A DNA stretch of 64,000 bases from Pseudomaricurvus alkylphenolicus. GTDB taxonomy: Bacteria > Pseudomonadota > Gammaproteobacteria > Pseudomonadales > Cellvibrionaceae. Location: contig NZ_JAAQPI010000002.1 in assembly GCF_011683955.1 (NCBI RefSeq), forward strand, positions 74,157 through 138,156, given 5' to 3'. The position numbers and the translations under genes are program-made. Shown here piece after piece: positions 42,773 through 52,031 of the stretch; positions within the stretch are counted from its first letter, which is position 1, and every line of letters starts with the position of its first letter. Below the pieces are notes generated by a model. That model saw nothing but the letters and a program-made list of their open reading frames with translations. It was not told the DNA's origin and made no database searches.

Positions 42773-43522
42773 TCAGTGGCGTTTCCAGGAAACTTGAGCC
42801 GCGTTCAATTGGCTTTTGAGGGAGTCCATGGCGGCGCGGGCCTCGGCTTGCAATCCTTTGACACCCAACTCAATGCGGGGCGGCTCATCGATAATCGGCA
42901 GACTGAATACTTTTACATCCGGAAAGTCCTTCAGTATCTGCTCCATCATCGGAATAATGCGGCTTTCATTGGCGCTTTCGAGCATGACCGAGTATTCGCG
43001 GTAGTTGCTATCACCCAGATCCGGGTAGAGCGTATCGAGTACCCACTCAATCATGGGCCAGGCCATCTGAGGAAAGCCGGGTACGAAGTGATGATGCTGG
43101 ATTCGAAAACCGGGAATGCCATTGTAGGGGTTGGGGATCAGCTCTGCGCCACGGGGAAATTCCACCAGCCTGTAGCGCTCTGGTGTCAACTCGCGCCCTT
43201 TCTCGCGGGCGTACTTTTCCAATAGCGCTGTACCTTCAGGATGACGCTCCGTGACGGTGTCCAGTGCCGCCGCGACCGCTTCGCGGGTCAAGTCATCGGG
43301 AGTCGCACCAATACCCCCGGTACTGAGCACCAGATCACCACTGGCGAAACTGTCACGATAGCACTGCTCCAGTGCTGCAGGCTCATCGCCGAGCACCTTT
43401 GCCCAGCTCAGGCTCAGGCCACGGTTAGCCAGCATTTTGGCCACCTCACCCAGATGCCGGTCCGTACGACGACCAGAGAGTATTTCATCGCCAACGATGA
43501 TCAGCCCAATATCCATTCCCAT
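42773..43522 (-). CDS. CinA-like / MoCF-biosynthesis (molybdopterin-binding) domain protein
   Basis: MDIGLIIVGDEILSGRRTDRHLGEVAKML... is a typical CinA N-terminal / MoaB-MogA-like fold signature. The ORF-track start uses TTG; ATG chosen at MGMDIG. Confidence 0.7.
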   Translation of the reverse strand: MGMDIGLIIVGDEILSGRRTDRHLGEVAKMLANRGLSLSWAKVLGDEPAALEQCYRDSFASGDLVLSTGGIGATPDDLTREAVAAALDTVTERHPEGTALLEKYAREKGRELTPERYRLVEFPRGAELIPNPYNGIPGFRIQHHHFVPGFPQMAWPMIEWVLDTLYPDLGDSNYREYSVMLESANESRIIPMMEQILKDFPDVKVFSLPIIDEPPRIELGVKGLQAEARAAMDSLKSQLNAAQVSWKRH

Positions 43523-43602
43523 GTTTTTCCGCTGTCCCAGTATCAAAGCCAGCGGCTATTATGGCAGTTTTTGGGGTGGTTCGTGGAAGAACAGTGCCCT
43601 GT

Positions 43603-46035
43603 CTAGTCCTGACAGGCTTCCTGAAGTTGTTCTTGCACCAGATATTGATCCTGGAATTCGCTTTTGGGCAGGGGTCGATCAAACAAGTACCCCTGATACC
43701 AAAGGTCGCCGTGGCGTTTGAGCCATTCGGCCTGCTCTGATGTCTCAACCCCTTCAGCCACCACCCGCAGACCCATCGTCTTGGCAATGGCGATCACGGA
43801 GGCGACCAGGGCCTCATCCTGCGGATCGATGGTCAGATCTTTGATGAATGATTTATCAATCTTGATTTTATCGACAGGCAAGCGCTTGAGGTAGCTGAGC
43901 GATGAGTATCCCGTGCCAAAGTCATCCAACGCAAAAGTGATGCCTCTGGCCTGCAGTAAGCGCATCTTGTGCACCACTTCGTCGAGTCGCCGCAGAGCCG
44001 CACCCTCTGTAATCTCCAGCTCAATGCAGCTGCCCGGCACATCGTGAAGCGCCAATATGGCCTCTACCTGCTCGACAAAATCCCGACGGTGCAATTCCTT
44101 GGCGCTGATATTGACCGCGATCCGGAAACCCTCAGGTAGCTGTCCCAGATGGCGCTGATGGCTGATATAGGAACAAACCTGGCCAAGGATAAACTGGTCC
44201 ACCCCGTGAATATTGCCGGAGTTTTCAAGAAAGTCGATAAACTGCACCGGCGGAACCATGCCTCGCTCCGGATGTTGCCAGCGCATTAATGCCTCTGCAC
44301 AAACCAGGTTGCCTGTGGCGCTGTCGACGATGGGCTGCAGGAAGAAGGTAAACTGCTGCTCTTTGACGGCTATGCGCAGCTCGTTTTCCAGCTTAACAGC
44401 CCGATCCACCTCAGCAGCCATAGACACTTCAAACAACCGGTAGCAATTGCGCCCCGACTTTTTGGCCTGATACATGGCCGTGTCGGCAAACCTCAACAGC
44501 GCTTCGGTGTCGTCTGCACAATCGGGATAGATCACAATGCCGATACTGGCTCCAACGATAAATTCCTGATTATCAACCCGGATGGGCTGGCTGATTTTTG
44601 TCAGCAACCGCTCAGCAAAGTCGGCAGCCTGTGACTGGGCAATATCCACGTCCCCCGAGAGATCCGGCAGGCTCAACGTAAATTCATCGCCACCCAATCT
44701 GGCCAGGGTATCGGTCTGGCGAATCTGGGCCTGCATCACCCTGGCAACCTGAAGCAGCACTTCGTCACCGGTCGAGTGCCCCATGGTATCGTTGATGCGC
44801 TTGAAATCGTCCAGGTCGATAAAGAACAGCGCGCCGAAGGTGTTGTTGCGCTGGGATCTGGAGATATCCATATTGAGGTGATCGTAGAGCATATTGCGGT
44901 TGGGCAGGCCGGTCAGCGTGTCAAAGTAGGCCAGATTTTCCACCCGCTCCTCGGCCACCACCCGGTCGGTAATATCGCTGCCGATCACCAGCACACAGGG
45001 TTGCTCGAAGAATTCAAACGGTACATAGGAGATTTCCAGACGGCGGGTTTCTCCATGAATGTTGGTCAGTGGTTGCTCGTGATTGAGGCGGCGCTCGCGC
45101 AAACGCTCCGCCATAATGATATCGCTCCAGACCTTGTCCGTTTCCGACGGCGAGATATCGGCATGAACGTCTGCAAACGTTTGTCCGATCATGTCCTGGC
45201 TTTCGATGCCGTAAAACTGCAACAAGACAGCATTTACAAACACGAAACGCCCCTCTGCATCCAGGGCAAAGATGTGGTTGGGGCTGGAGTCCAGAATAAT
45301 GCGTAACTGCTGCTCACTCTGCTCGAGCCCCAAGCGCTGGGTTTCCAGCTCCTCAATAAATTCGTTGGCCGAGTTAACGATAAACCCCAGTTCGTCGTTT
45401 TCGTGCCCGGCAATATGCTCAATACGCGCGCCCCGGGTACGGCTGGGGTTGATATGGGAAAAACGGTGGGCGATTTTTACCAGCGGTTTGGTCAGCACAT
45501 AGTGGTAGAGCAGCATCAGTACCAGAGCGAGACTGAAGTTGCGGGCGATCCCCGAGACAAAAATGGTGATGGCGCGTTCGTAGAAATGGGAAAGGGCGCG
45601 GTCCTGGTTGACCACCAGCGTGATCTTGCCCTCATAGGTGCCATCGGAGTATATGAGAGACTTGCTGAACTCGCGACGGGGCTGAGTGAGAATGCTGGTC
45701 AACCAATAGGTGTTGGAGGGCTGCTGCTCGACATTAAGTTCGGCCATGACATTGTCGGCATCATCGAAAATCGTTGCACTGTGCAGGAAATCGTAATATT
45801 CCAGCCCTCGAATCACCTCGTCGGCGAGCCGATTATCCAGCAAATGAACGGCACGCCCAGCCGCATTGTGCATTACCCGGAAGATTTCATTGACATTGGT
45901 CTCAATCGCCGTTTTCTGATGGCGAAAGTCCATGTAGACCTGTAGCAGGGCCACCAGCACACCCAGCACCAACACCAGAGTGAGGCTGGAGCGCATCAGC
46001 TTAAAGGCCAGGCGTTTGAAAAACTCTATGCTCAT
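43603..46035 (-). CDS. Membrane sensor PAS-GGDEF-EAL protein (c-di-GMP cyclase/phosphodiesterase)
   Basis: N-terminal TM and periplasmic region. PAS domain. GGDEF (RLGGDEFTLSL). EAL (QPIVDSATGNLVCAEALMRWQHPERG ... DDFGTGYSSLSYL). Confidence 0.85.
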   Translation of the reverse strand: MSIEFFKRLAFKLMRSSLTLVLVLGVLVALLQVYMDFRHQKTAIETNVNEIFRVMHNAAGRAVHLLDNRLADEVIRGLEYYDFLHSATIFDDADNVMAELNVEQQPSNTYWLTSILTQPRREFSKSLIYSDGTYEGKITLVVNQDRALSHFYERAITIFVSGIARNFSLALVLMLLYHYVLTKPLVKIAHRFSHINPSRTRGARIEHIAGHENDELGFIVNSANEFIEELETQRLGLEQSEQQLRIILDSSPNHIFALDAEGRFVFVNAVLLQFYGIESQDMIGQTFADVHADISPSETDKVWSDIIMAERLRERRLNHEQPLTNIHGETRRLEISYVPFEFFEQPCVLVIGSDITDRVVAEERVENLAYFDTLTGLPNRNMLYDHLNMDISRSQRNNTFGALFFIDLDDFKRINDTMGHSTGDEVLLQVARVMQAQIRQTDTLARLGGDEFTLSLPDLSGDVDIAQSQAADFAERLLTKISQPIRVDNQEFIVGASIGIVIYPDCADDTEALLRFADTAMYQAKKSGRNCYRLFEVSMAAEVDRAVKLENELRIAVKEQQFTFFLQPIVDSATGNLVCAEALMRWQHPERGMVPPVQFIDFLENSGNIHGVDQFILGQVCSYISHQRHLGQLPEGFRIAVNISAKELHRRDFVEQVEAILALHDVPGSCIELEITEGAALRRLDEVVHKMRLLQARGITFALDDFGTGYSSLSYLKRLPVDKIKIDKSFIKDLTIDPQDEALVASVIAIAKTMGLRVVAEGVETSEQAEWLKRHGDLWYQGYLFDRPLPKSEFQDQYLVQEQLQEACQD

Positions 46036-46499
46036 TCTGGCTTATGCCACATCCTTGCCAGTGCTCCAAGAAGCACCGTTTGCATCGCTCTCTCGCTACG
46101 GGGCTCGATTCCGCAGCTCCAGATACCACCCATCATTCACCTAAGTGAAAGCGCTGCACTATACAGGTTTGCTGCTACAATTACCTTAATCACGGACGGT
46201 CCCGGCCGGGAGCTTTCCGTGGACATAGGCACACAGCAGTCCGGCAGGAAGTGAACATCTTCTCTCCGAAAGTGTACGTTTTATCTAAACTTGAGCCCTA
46301 CCCCCGAAGAATTCTTGTTCTCATTGGTGGAGGCGGTGCCCATTTACTATTATTTTTGTCGAATGTGCTGTTATCGCAAAAGCATCGGTCTGCGTCAACC
46401 CAGGGGATCGTACTTTGAGAACCAGAGTTTAAGGATCGTTTTGCGACAGGTTGAACTTGAAGTAGACTTCAGGACGAAAACAGATGGTTAAGGGCCTCC

Positions 46500-47297
46500 A
46501 TGGATACGTCATACATGGCCAAAAACGCAACAATCGTTAGCTGCAGAGCGCTGACTTCAAAATTGAGCCTGTGGTTGTTGGCCCTGCTTTGCATCAGCTC
46601 AGAGGCGCTGTCAGAGAACATCTCTCGAATCTACGGAATCAATCTCCCCTATCGACTCAACGAAATGGGCGAAGGTGGTTACAATCGTCTGCTTGACGAA
46701 TTACGTACGCAGGGGTTGCAGTTTGATCTGTCCATTTTGCCGCTAAAGAGGTGGCACAACCGTACCAGGTCTGACAGGGAAAGCTGCTTGTTTCCCGTCA
46801 GTGTCAATGCCCTGCAGACCTACGACGCCAGCTACAACGACATCAGTCTGGTCAGCTCCCAACCGGTGGACTGGGTCAGCCTGCGAGTATTCACTGCCCC
46901 CAACCGGCCTGTCATCAACACGATGGATCAATTGCGGGGCAAAAGGGTCGCGACCTGGAAAAGTCATGATTCCGAGCCTTTTACGCGGGACTACAACCTC
47001 TCTCCCGATGAAAGCCGCAATGAAAGCAGCCAGCTGCAAATGCTCTATGCGGGCCGACTGGATGCCATTATCGGGTTTGCTCCGGATGTGAACATCGCAG
47101 CGACCAGTTTAAAATTACCCCGGCCGGTATACAGTCCAGAGCTCAGTTTGCTCGATAGAGAGGGGGCGACTCTGGTTTGTCACGACACAGAAGCAAACCG
47201 AAAGCTGACAAGAGAATTCGACCGACTTATTACCAAAATGAAGAAAAGCGGTAAATTGCACCAGCTACTTGGCAGCCATGCCAGCGTGTCACTCTGA
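46500..47297 (+). CDS. Periplasmic solute-binding-like protein (PBPb/SBP family 3-like), copy 1
   Basis: Signal peptide. Conserved blocks are shared with the next gene (…W.S.D…F..DY.L; RLDAIIGFAPDV). Confidence 0.6.
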   Translation: MDTSYMAKNATIVSCRALTSKLSLWLLALLCISSEALSENISRIYGINLPYRLNEMGEGGYNRLLDELRTQGLQFDLSILPLKRWHNRTRSDRESCLFPVSVNALQTYDASYNDISLVSSQPVDWVSLRVFTAPNRPVINTMDQLRGKRVATWKSHDSEPFTRDYNLSPDESRNESSQLQMLYAGRLDAIIGFAPDVNIAATSLKLPRPVYSPELSLLDREGATLVCHDTEANRKLTREFDRLITKMKKSGKLHQLLGSHASVSL

Positions 47298-47299
47298 CT

Positions 47300-48094
47300 A
47301 TGGATAAATGTTTGAAGGATCAAATCAGGAATTCAGTGAAGTATCGCAGCACAACTCTGGCACTCATGTTGCCTCTGTTACTCCCCGCATTGCTGTACGC
47401 CAACGTGTCGCCTCCACAACCGGTGAAAATATTTGGTTACGAGTTGGAGTTCCGGCTGGTTAAAGAAGGCAATACCCAATATAACCTGTTGTTTTCGAGC
47501 CTGCGCGAGAGAGGTTTAACGTTTGAGCTGGCCGTTATGCCGTTCACTCGAATTCTCCGCGACGTGCAATCACATCAGCACTGCATCTTTCCAGCCTCCC
47601 TCAATGCCATTAAGACCGCCAAACCCGTCTATCGGGACCTGGCATTGATTGCCTCGGACCCGGTTGACCATATCAGCCTTCGAGTATTCACCCGCAGAGA
47701 CAGCCCAAAGATTAGCGATCTCTCCGAATTAAATGGCAAGAGAATCGCTCTCTGGGGTGGCCTCAGCGAAGATATCTTTTTGGGGGATATCGACGCAAAA
47801 ATCGAAACCACTCCGGACGAGCTTATTCGTTTAAGGATGCTGGATAAGGGCCGTATTGACGCCATTCTGGGGTTTACCCCAGATGTCAGCCTCGCCGCAG
47901 AAAAGCTTGGAATTCGGCCCCCGCATTATGATGAGACCCTCGCGCTTTTCCATGACGAGGGTGCTTCAGTCGTTTGTCACGACACTCCGCCAAATCGACA
48001 GTTTCTGGATCAGTTTAATCAAATATTGAGTGAGCTTAAGACCAGCGGTGAACTGCGACAGATATTAGGCGAGCATGCGGAGCTCACTCGCTAA
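47300..48094 (+). CDS. Periplasmic solute-binding-like protein (PBPb/SBP family 3-like), copy 2 (tandem paralog)
   Basis: Signal peptide. Same architecture as the previous gene (RIDAILGFTPDV). A 2-bp intergenic gap. Confidence 0.6.
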   Translation: MDKCLKDQIRNSVKYRSTTLALMLPLLLPALLYANVSPPQPVKIFGYELEFRLVKEGNTQYNLLFSSLRERGLTFELAVMPFTRILRDVQSHQHCIFPASLNAIKTAKPVYRDLALIASDPVDHISLRVFTRRDSPKISDLSELNGKRIALWGGLSEDIFLGDIDAKIETTPDELIRLRMLDKGRIDAILGFTPDVSLAAEKLGIRPPHYDETLALFHDEGASVVCHDTPPNRQFLDQFNQILSELKTSGELRQILGEHAELTR

Positions 48095-48106
48095 ACAGAA
48101 TGCTGC

Positions 48107-48940
48107 CTACTCCCGAGGCGGCAGCGCCCTGCTGTCGGCTCCGGAGTATTCAATATCCTCAACTTTTAATGGCGCAAATGCGCCTTCCGGACGATCAACT
48201 GTGTCAACGTAACAAGCCGTGACACCACTGAATACCAGCGCGGAAAAGATTCGATGGACTTCTTCAGGGCTGTACCCCTGGTCCGACAAGAAACCGGACA
48301 TATAGCCATTAATATTCATCGTTTCATCAAACCTATTGCTTAGGCAGCTCTCGATTGCGTAGGCCAGTCGCAGGTGGGGACCGTCCTCAAACCCCAGCTG
48401 GTGAGCCACCCGTTGCATCGCCCCAATGCGTTCGTCACCTTTAGCAATGGGTCGCGCATATCCCATTAGATAGGGTTTGCCGCCGTGCTTGCGCACCTCC
48501 TGCTCAACAAATTCAGTCACGTCTATACCACGGGTGTCGATTTCTGCAAACGCCCTCTGTATGAATTCCACACCTTCCTGTAAGGGGCGAATACCATAAG
48601 AGCGAGAATCCGCTGCCATAACACCCGCACAGGTGGCTGCCACCGGGGACGTTCTCGCAGCACCCGCAAGCGCCCCGATACGGTTGCACCAGATACGGGG
48701 GTCCGGCCAGCTGAGACAAATATGGATGGCATCCATCCACTGCCCCAACTGCGGTGATGGCAATCTGCCGGTTGCGTTAAGCATGACAACCTGCATATAG
48801 GAACAGTGCCCCACAACCTCGTTCATCAGGTCAAGGCCGTGGCTGTTAACTCCCCGCCCGATCAGCCAACCCCCTTTGCGGCTCCGGATGACGCCATGAT
48901 AGTCATCCCACTCAGCATGATTCATCGGCATCTTCCTCAA
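48107..48940 (-). CDS. Citrate-synthase-family-like protein lacking canonical catalytic His (citryl-CoA-lyase-like?)
   Basis: Citrate-synthase-like blocks: ...NSHGLDLMNEVVG (RGY-box-like); RKHGGKPYLMGYARPIAKGDERI (GYGH..K.DPR-like, with His replaced). 277 aa. Confidence 0.5.
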   Translation of the reverse strand: MRKMPMNHAEWDDYHGVIRSRKGGWLIGRGVNSHGLDLMNEVVGHCSYMQVVMLNATGRLPSPQLGQWMDAIHICLSWPDPRIWCNRIGALAGAARTSPVAATCAGVMAADSRSYGIRPLQEGVEFIQRAFAEIDTRGIDVTEFVEQEVRKHGGKPYLMGYARPIAKGDERIGAMQRVAHQLGFEDGPHLRLAYAIESCLSNRFDETMNINGYMSGFLSDQGYSPEEVHRIFSALVFSGVTACYVDTVDRPEGAFAPLKVEDIEYSGADSRALPPRE

Positions 48941-49736
48941 TCTTTTCTATGTGGTAATTTTCGTCGGGCTCGAACAACATACTGGTCAGTGGTTTATTGG
49001 CAAACTCCAATCCCTGGGCTAACAAACCCGGTGCAGCAAAAAGCTGCATCAATCCGCTCCCCTGCCGGGGTTGAAAACCCAGATCACAAAGCACGGCCGC
49101 GCAGATACCGCTCTTTTGAATGCCGATACCTAAAGGTTTAAGGCGACTGTGCAGATCCCATACCCAGGTGAGTACCTGTCCGCCATGGCGTTCGAGCAAC
49201 TGCTGAAGCAACTGCTCGGCGTAGAGATCCGGGTCACCGTACAAGGTACCGAAGCCGGCGAGATCACCCTTCTGTGGCTGCGGGATTGTGCTGGCAAAGA
49301 TCGCGGCCGGCTTGCAGGCATTCCTGCGATATAACCTCATCGCATCCTCGACATTGGCCACCCCGTCAAACTCGCCGCCGTAAACCGTCAAGGCGATCGG
49401 AAGCACATTGACACTTATGGTCTTGCCCACACCGGCAGTAATGCTGGCCTGGGATGCCGGGTGCCGTGGCCCCGGGTTTATCATTGCGATAGAGAGTTCC
49501 CTGAACAACTCCCGCTCTTGCGGGTTGGGCAGCTCACCGCGAAACAGCAGGTAAATTACATCCGACACTTCGCAGCCTTGCATCAGCGCTGTGTGGTCAT
49601 AACCATGAATGCGAACGCTCTGTGCCTGGTAGGGGTTTTCCGGGTTCGGAACTTCCTGTGTGATTTTGGTTGCCAGGCGTGGCGTAAATTCATCGCCGCG
49701 GCTACGTACTTCTGCTGAAGGAGACGTCATCGTCAC
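48912..49736 (-). CDS. Citrate-synthase-family-like protein, second paralog; overlaps the downstream gene by about 29 nt
   Basis: QSVRIHGYDHTALMQGCE, LLFRGELPNPQERELF, GFGTLYGDPDLYA correspond to citrate-synthase motifs (L.YRGY.I..L; LLLHGELP; GFGHRVY..DPR). The catalytic His is not conserved. Confidence 0.5.
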   Translation of the reverse strand: MTMTSPSAEVRSRGDEFTPRLATKITQEVPNPENPYQAQSVRIHGYDHTALMQGCEVSDVIYLLFRGELPNPQERELFRELSIAMINPGPRHPASQASITAGVGKTISVNVLPIALTVYGGEFDGVANVEDAMRLYRRNACKPAAIFASTIPQPQKGDLAGFGTLYGDPDLYAEQLLQQLLERHGGQVLTWVWDLHSRLKPLGIGIQKSGICAAVLCDLGFQPRQGSGLMQLFAAPGLLAQGLEFANKPLTSMLFEPDENYHIEKIEEDADESC

Positions 49737-49760
49737 TTACTCCTGAAACTTGGTGTTGTA

Positions 49761-51557
49761 TCAACCGCCCGGGGTGGCAGAACCATTCTCTGCGAGCCCT
49801 TTAACCCGGTCCGCCATCGGCGGAACCTCATCGCGATCGATCCTGACATCAATCAGTGTCGGCCCCTGCTTGCGAAACAGTTCCTCGAAATCGAGAGTGT
49901 GCAGTTGCCGGGGGTGCTCAATCACCACACCATCGATTCCCATGCTCTCGGCCATGGCGGCATAATTCACCTGATTCAATTCCCAGCCAATGGACTCCTG
50001 ATCACCCAGCTTCTGGCCATGCATCACCATACCCATAGCGGCATCGTTCAACACCAGAAAAACAACCGGTAGCAACTGCTGCGCCGCCACCGTGATTTCC
50101 TGGGCACTCATCAGGTAAGAACCGTCGCCCACAATACAGAGGGTCGGCGCTTCACGATTACCTAACCCGGAGCCAATAGCAGCTCCTATGGCCCAGGCCA
50201 TGGAGCCGTATCCCATGGCCAGACGATAATTGCCCGTGTTATTGGACAAGGCCAGATAATGTGTGGCCCAGGCCCAACCATTACCCGCATCGACAAAAAC
50301 ACGGGTATCTGCTGGCAGGTTTTGAGACAGATAAGTCATCAATCGCTGGGGCTTTACCGGTACGGCATCAGACACGCATTTTTTCGGGTCGTTGAGCGTG
50401 GCATAGGTCCCCAGCAAATTTTTCTCGTGATTGCGCCCGGGAATGGTCATCCATTTACGTCCCCAGGATCGAGCGGTTTTCACGTTTTCAATCAGACGTT
50501 CAAAGATGGTGTCGATATTGCCGAACACATGCAGGTTTGCCATGGGCGAGCGGGTAAAGTGTTCAACAGACGAATCAATATGAACCAACTTGGTATTCAG
50601 CAGCTCATTCTTCCAACCACCCGTGCCCAGTTCACTGAGAGCGGCACCCACAGCAATGATCAGATCCACATCGTCTGACTGAAACAGTTGGCGGGCACTG
50701 TCGTGACCGGCAAACCCGTAGACTCCGCGATATTGTGGGTGAGTTTCGTCTACCCAGCTTTTGCCCATGGGACCGGTAACGAATGCAGCGTTGGTCAACT
50801 CCGCGAATTCCATGATCTGTCGACTGGCGCCGCCAGCGCCGTTACCGATGAACATGGCAATAGTGTCAACTCTGGCAAGTTTCTCGTTCAGCTTTTGAAT
50901 GGCGCTCTCGTCGGACATGGAAAAATCATGCACCAGCAAGTCGGCATGTATTCTTGTGCGCGCCTTCGCCGGTGCACGCAAAATATCGGACGGGATACTG
51001 ATGTGAACAGGTCCATTGGGCACTCGGTGCGCCGCCATAAATGCCGATACCAGTTTGCTTTCCAGCTGTTCGTGATGGGAAACCAGCGTGTTGAACTGAG
51101 TGCAATGGCGAAACATGCCCACGGTATCAATCGCCGTGCAACTGGACTCCTGCAGCGCGCGTTTGCCAAACTTCGGCAGGGGAGTTTGTGCGGTAATCAC
51201 CAGCATGGGAACTTCATCGGCGAGCGCCGAACTGACACCGGTGAGCAGGTTGGTGGCTCCTGGACCCGTTGTACTGCAGACCACGCCAATTTTTCCGGTT
51301 TCGCGGTAGTAACCATCGGCCATAAAGGCGGCTCCAGCCTCGTGCCGGGCGACCACCAGCCTGGGGCCGCCGTTGCGTTCACTGCGAGCCAGGGCATTAA
51401 AGAACGGCTCAATGGCTCCGCCGGGTACACCAAATACCGTATCGACGTCGAGTTGTTTCAAATAGTCGACAATGATGTCAGCGCATGTGGAATAGAGTAC
51501 TTCACTGGCGATATCAGACTGCGGGGCAGCCATATGTTTGGGGACGGCCTGCAACAT
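49761..51557 (-). CDS. Thiamine-diphosphate-dependent enzyme (acetolactate-synthase-like superfamily)
   Basis: N-terminal Pyr domain (DIIVDYLKQLDVDTVFGVPGG). ThDP-binding motif GDGSYLMSAQEITVAAQQLLPVVFLVLNDAAMGMV. 5' end uncertain; the ORF-track start is 51698. Confidence 0.8.
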   Translation of the reverse strand: MLQAVPKHMAAPQSDIASEVLYSTCADIIVDYLKQLDVDTVFGVPGGAIEPFFNALARSERNGGPRLVVARHEAGAAFMADGYYRETGKIGVVCSTTGPGATNLLTGVSSALADEVPMLVITAQTPLPKFGKRALQESSCTAIDTVGMFRHCTQFNTLVSHHEQLESKLVSAFMAAHRVPNGPVHISIPSDILRAPAKARTRIHADLLVHDFSMSDESAIQKLNEKLARVDTIAMFIGNGAGGASRQIMEFAELTNAAFVTGPMGKSWVDETHPQYRGVYGFAGHDSARQLFQSDDVDLIIAVGAALSELGTGGWKNELLNTKLVHIDSSVEHFTRSPMANLHVFGNIDTIFERLIENVKTARSWGRKWMTIPGRNHEKNLLGTYATLNDPKKCVSDAVPVKPQRLMTYLSQNLPADTRVFVDAGNGWAWATHYLALSNNTGNYRLAMGYGSMAWAIGAAIGSGLGNREAPTLCIVGDGSYLMSAQEITVAAQQLLPVVFLVLNDAAMGMVMHGQKLGDQESIGWELNQVNYAAMAESMGIDGVVIEHPRQLHTLDFEELFRKQGPTLIDVRIDRDEVPPMADRVKGLAENGSATPGG

Positions 51558-52031
51558 ATCAGCGTCTACCTGTAGGTTGTGAGGGAACGGATTAATTTGC
51601 CGGGGGTCCCTCCGCCGCATTTGAAGCGCGCGAAATATATACAAATGAAGATCTGCGCGCCACCCCCGTTTTGCCCAATTTTGTCGATAGCGAAACAAAA
51701 CGTCCCTTGGCTGATCCTTCCACAGAACGGGTTAAACTCTTTCAATCCCTTTGCGATAGGGCTGCAGTCAGTTGTAAGTGTTTACTTATTTGCGACACAA
51801 AAAAATTATGAAAAATTTGTTAATTTCTTCTGAAATCTGCCGATAGCTTTTGATTTTTCCCAATAATCCGAGATTGGCACTTAATCGGGCCAGCGTGTTG
51901 TCTCCTTCATAACGATCCAATCTTCACTTGTGTATATTCAGGCGACAGGGTTTAATCGGTGCAGCAACAGGGAGGAACAAAATCATTACAGGGAAGATAG
52001 CTACAACAAATAGACCTTGGGGCCCAAAACC

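Noticed and set aside
51780-51830. Possible Fur box upstream of the TonB-dependent receptor (aattatgaaaaatttgttaattt)
   Set aside because: AT-rich and hexamer-like, but a poor match to GATAATGATAATCATTATC. Not convincing without a PWM score.
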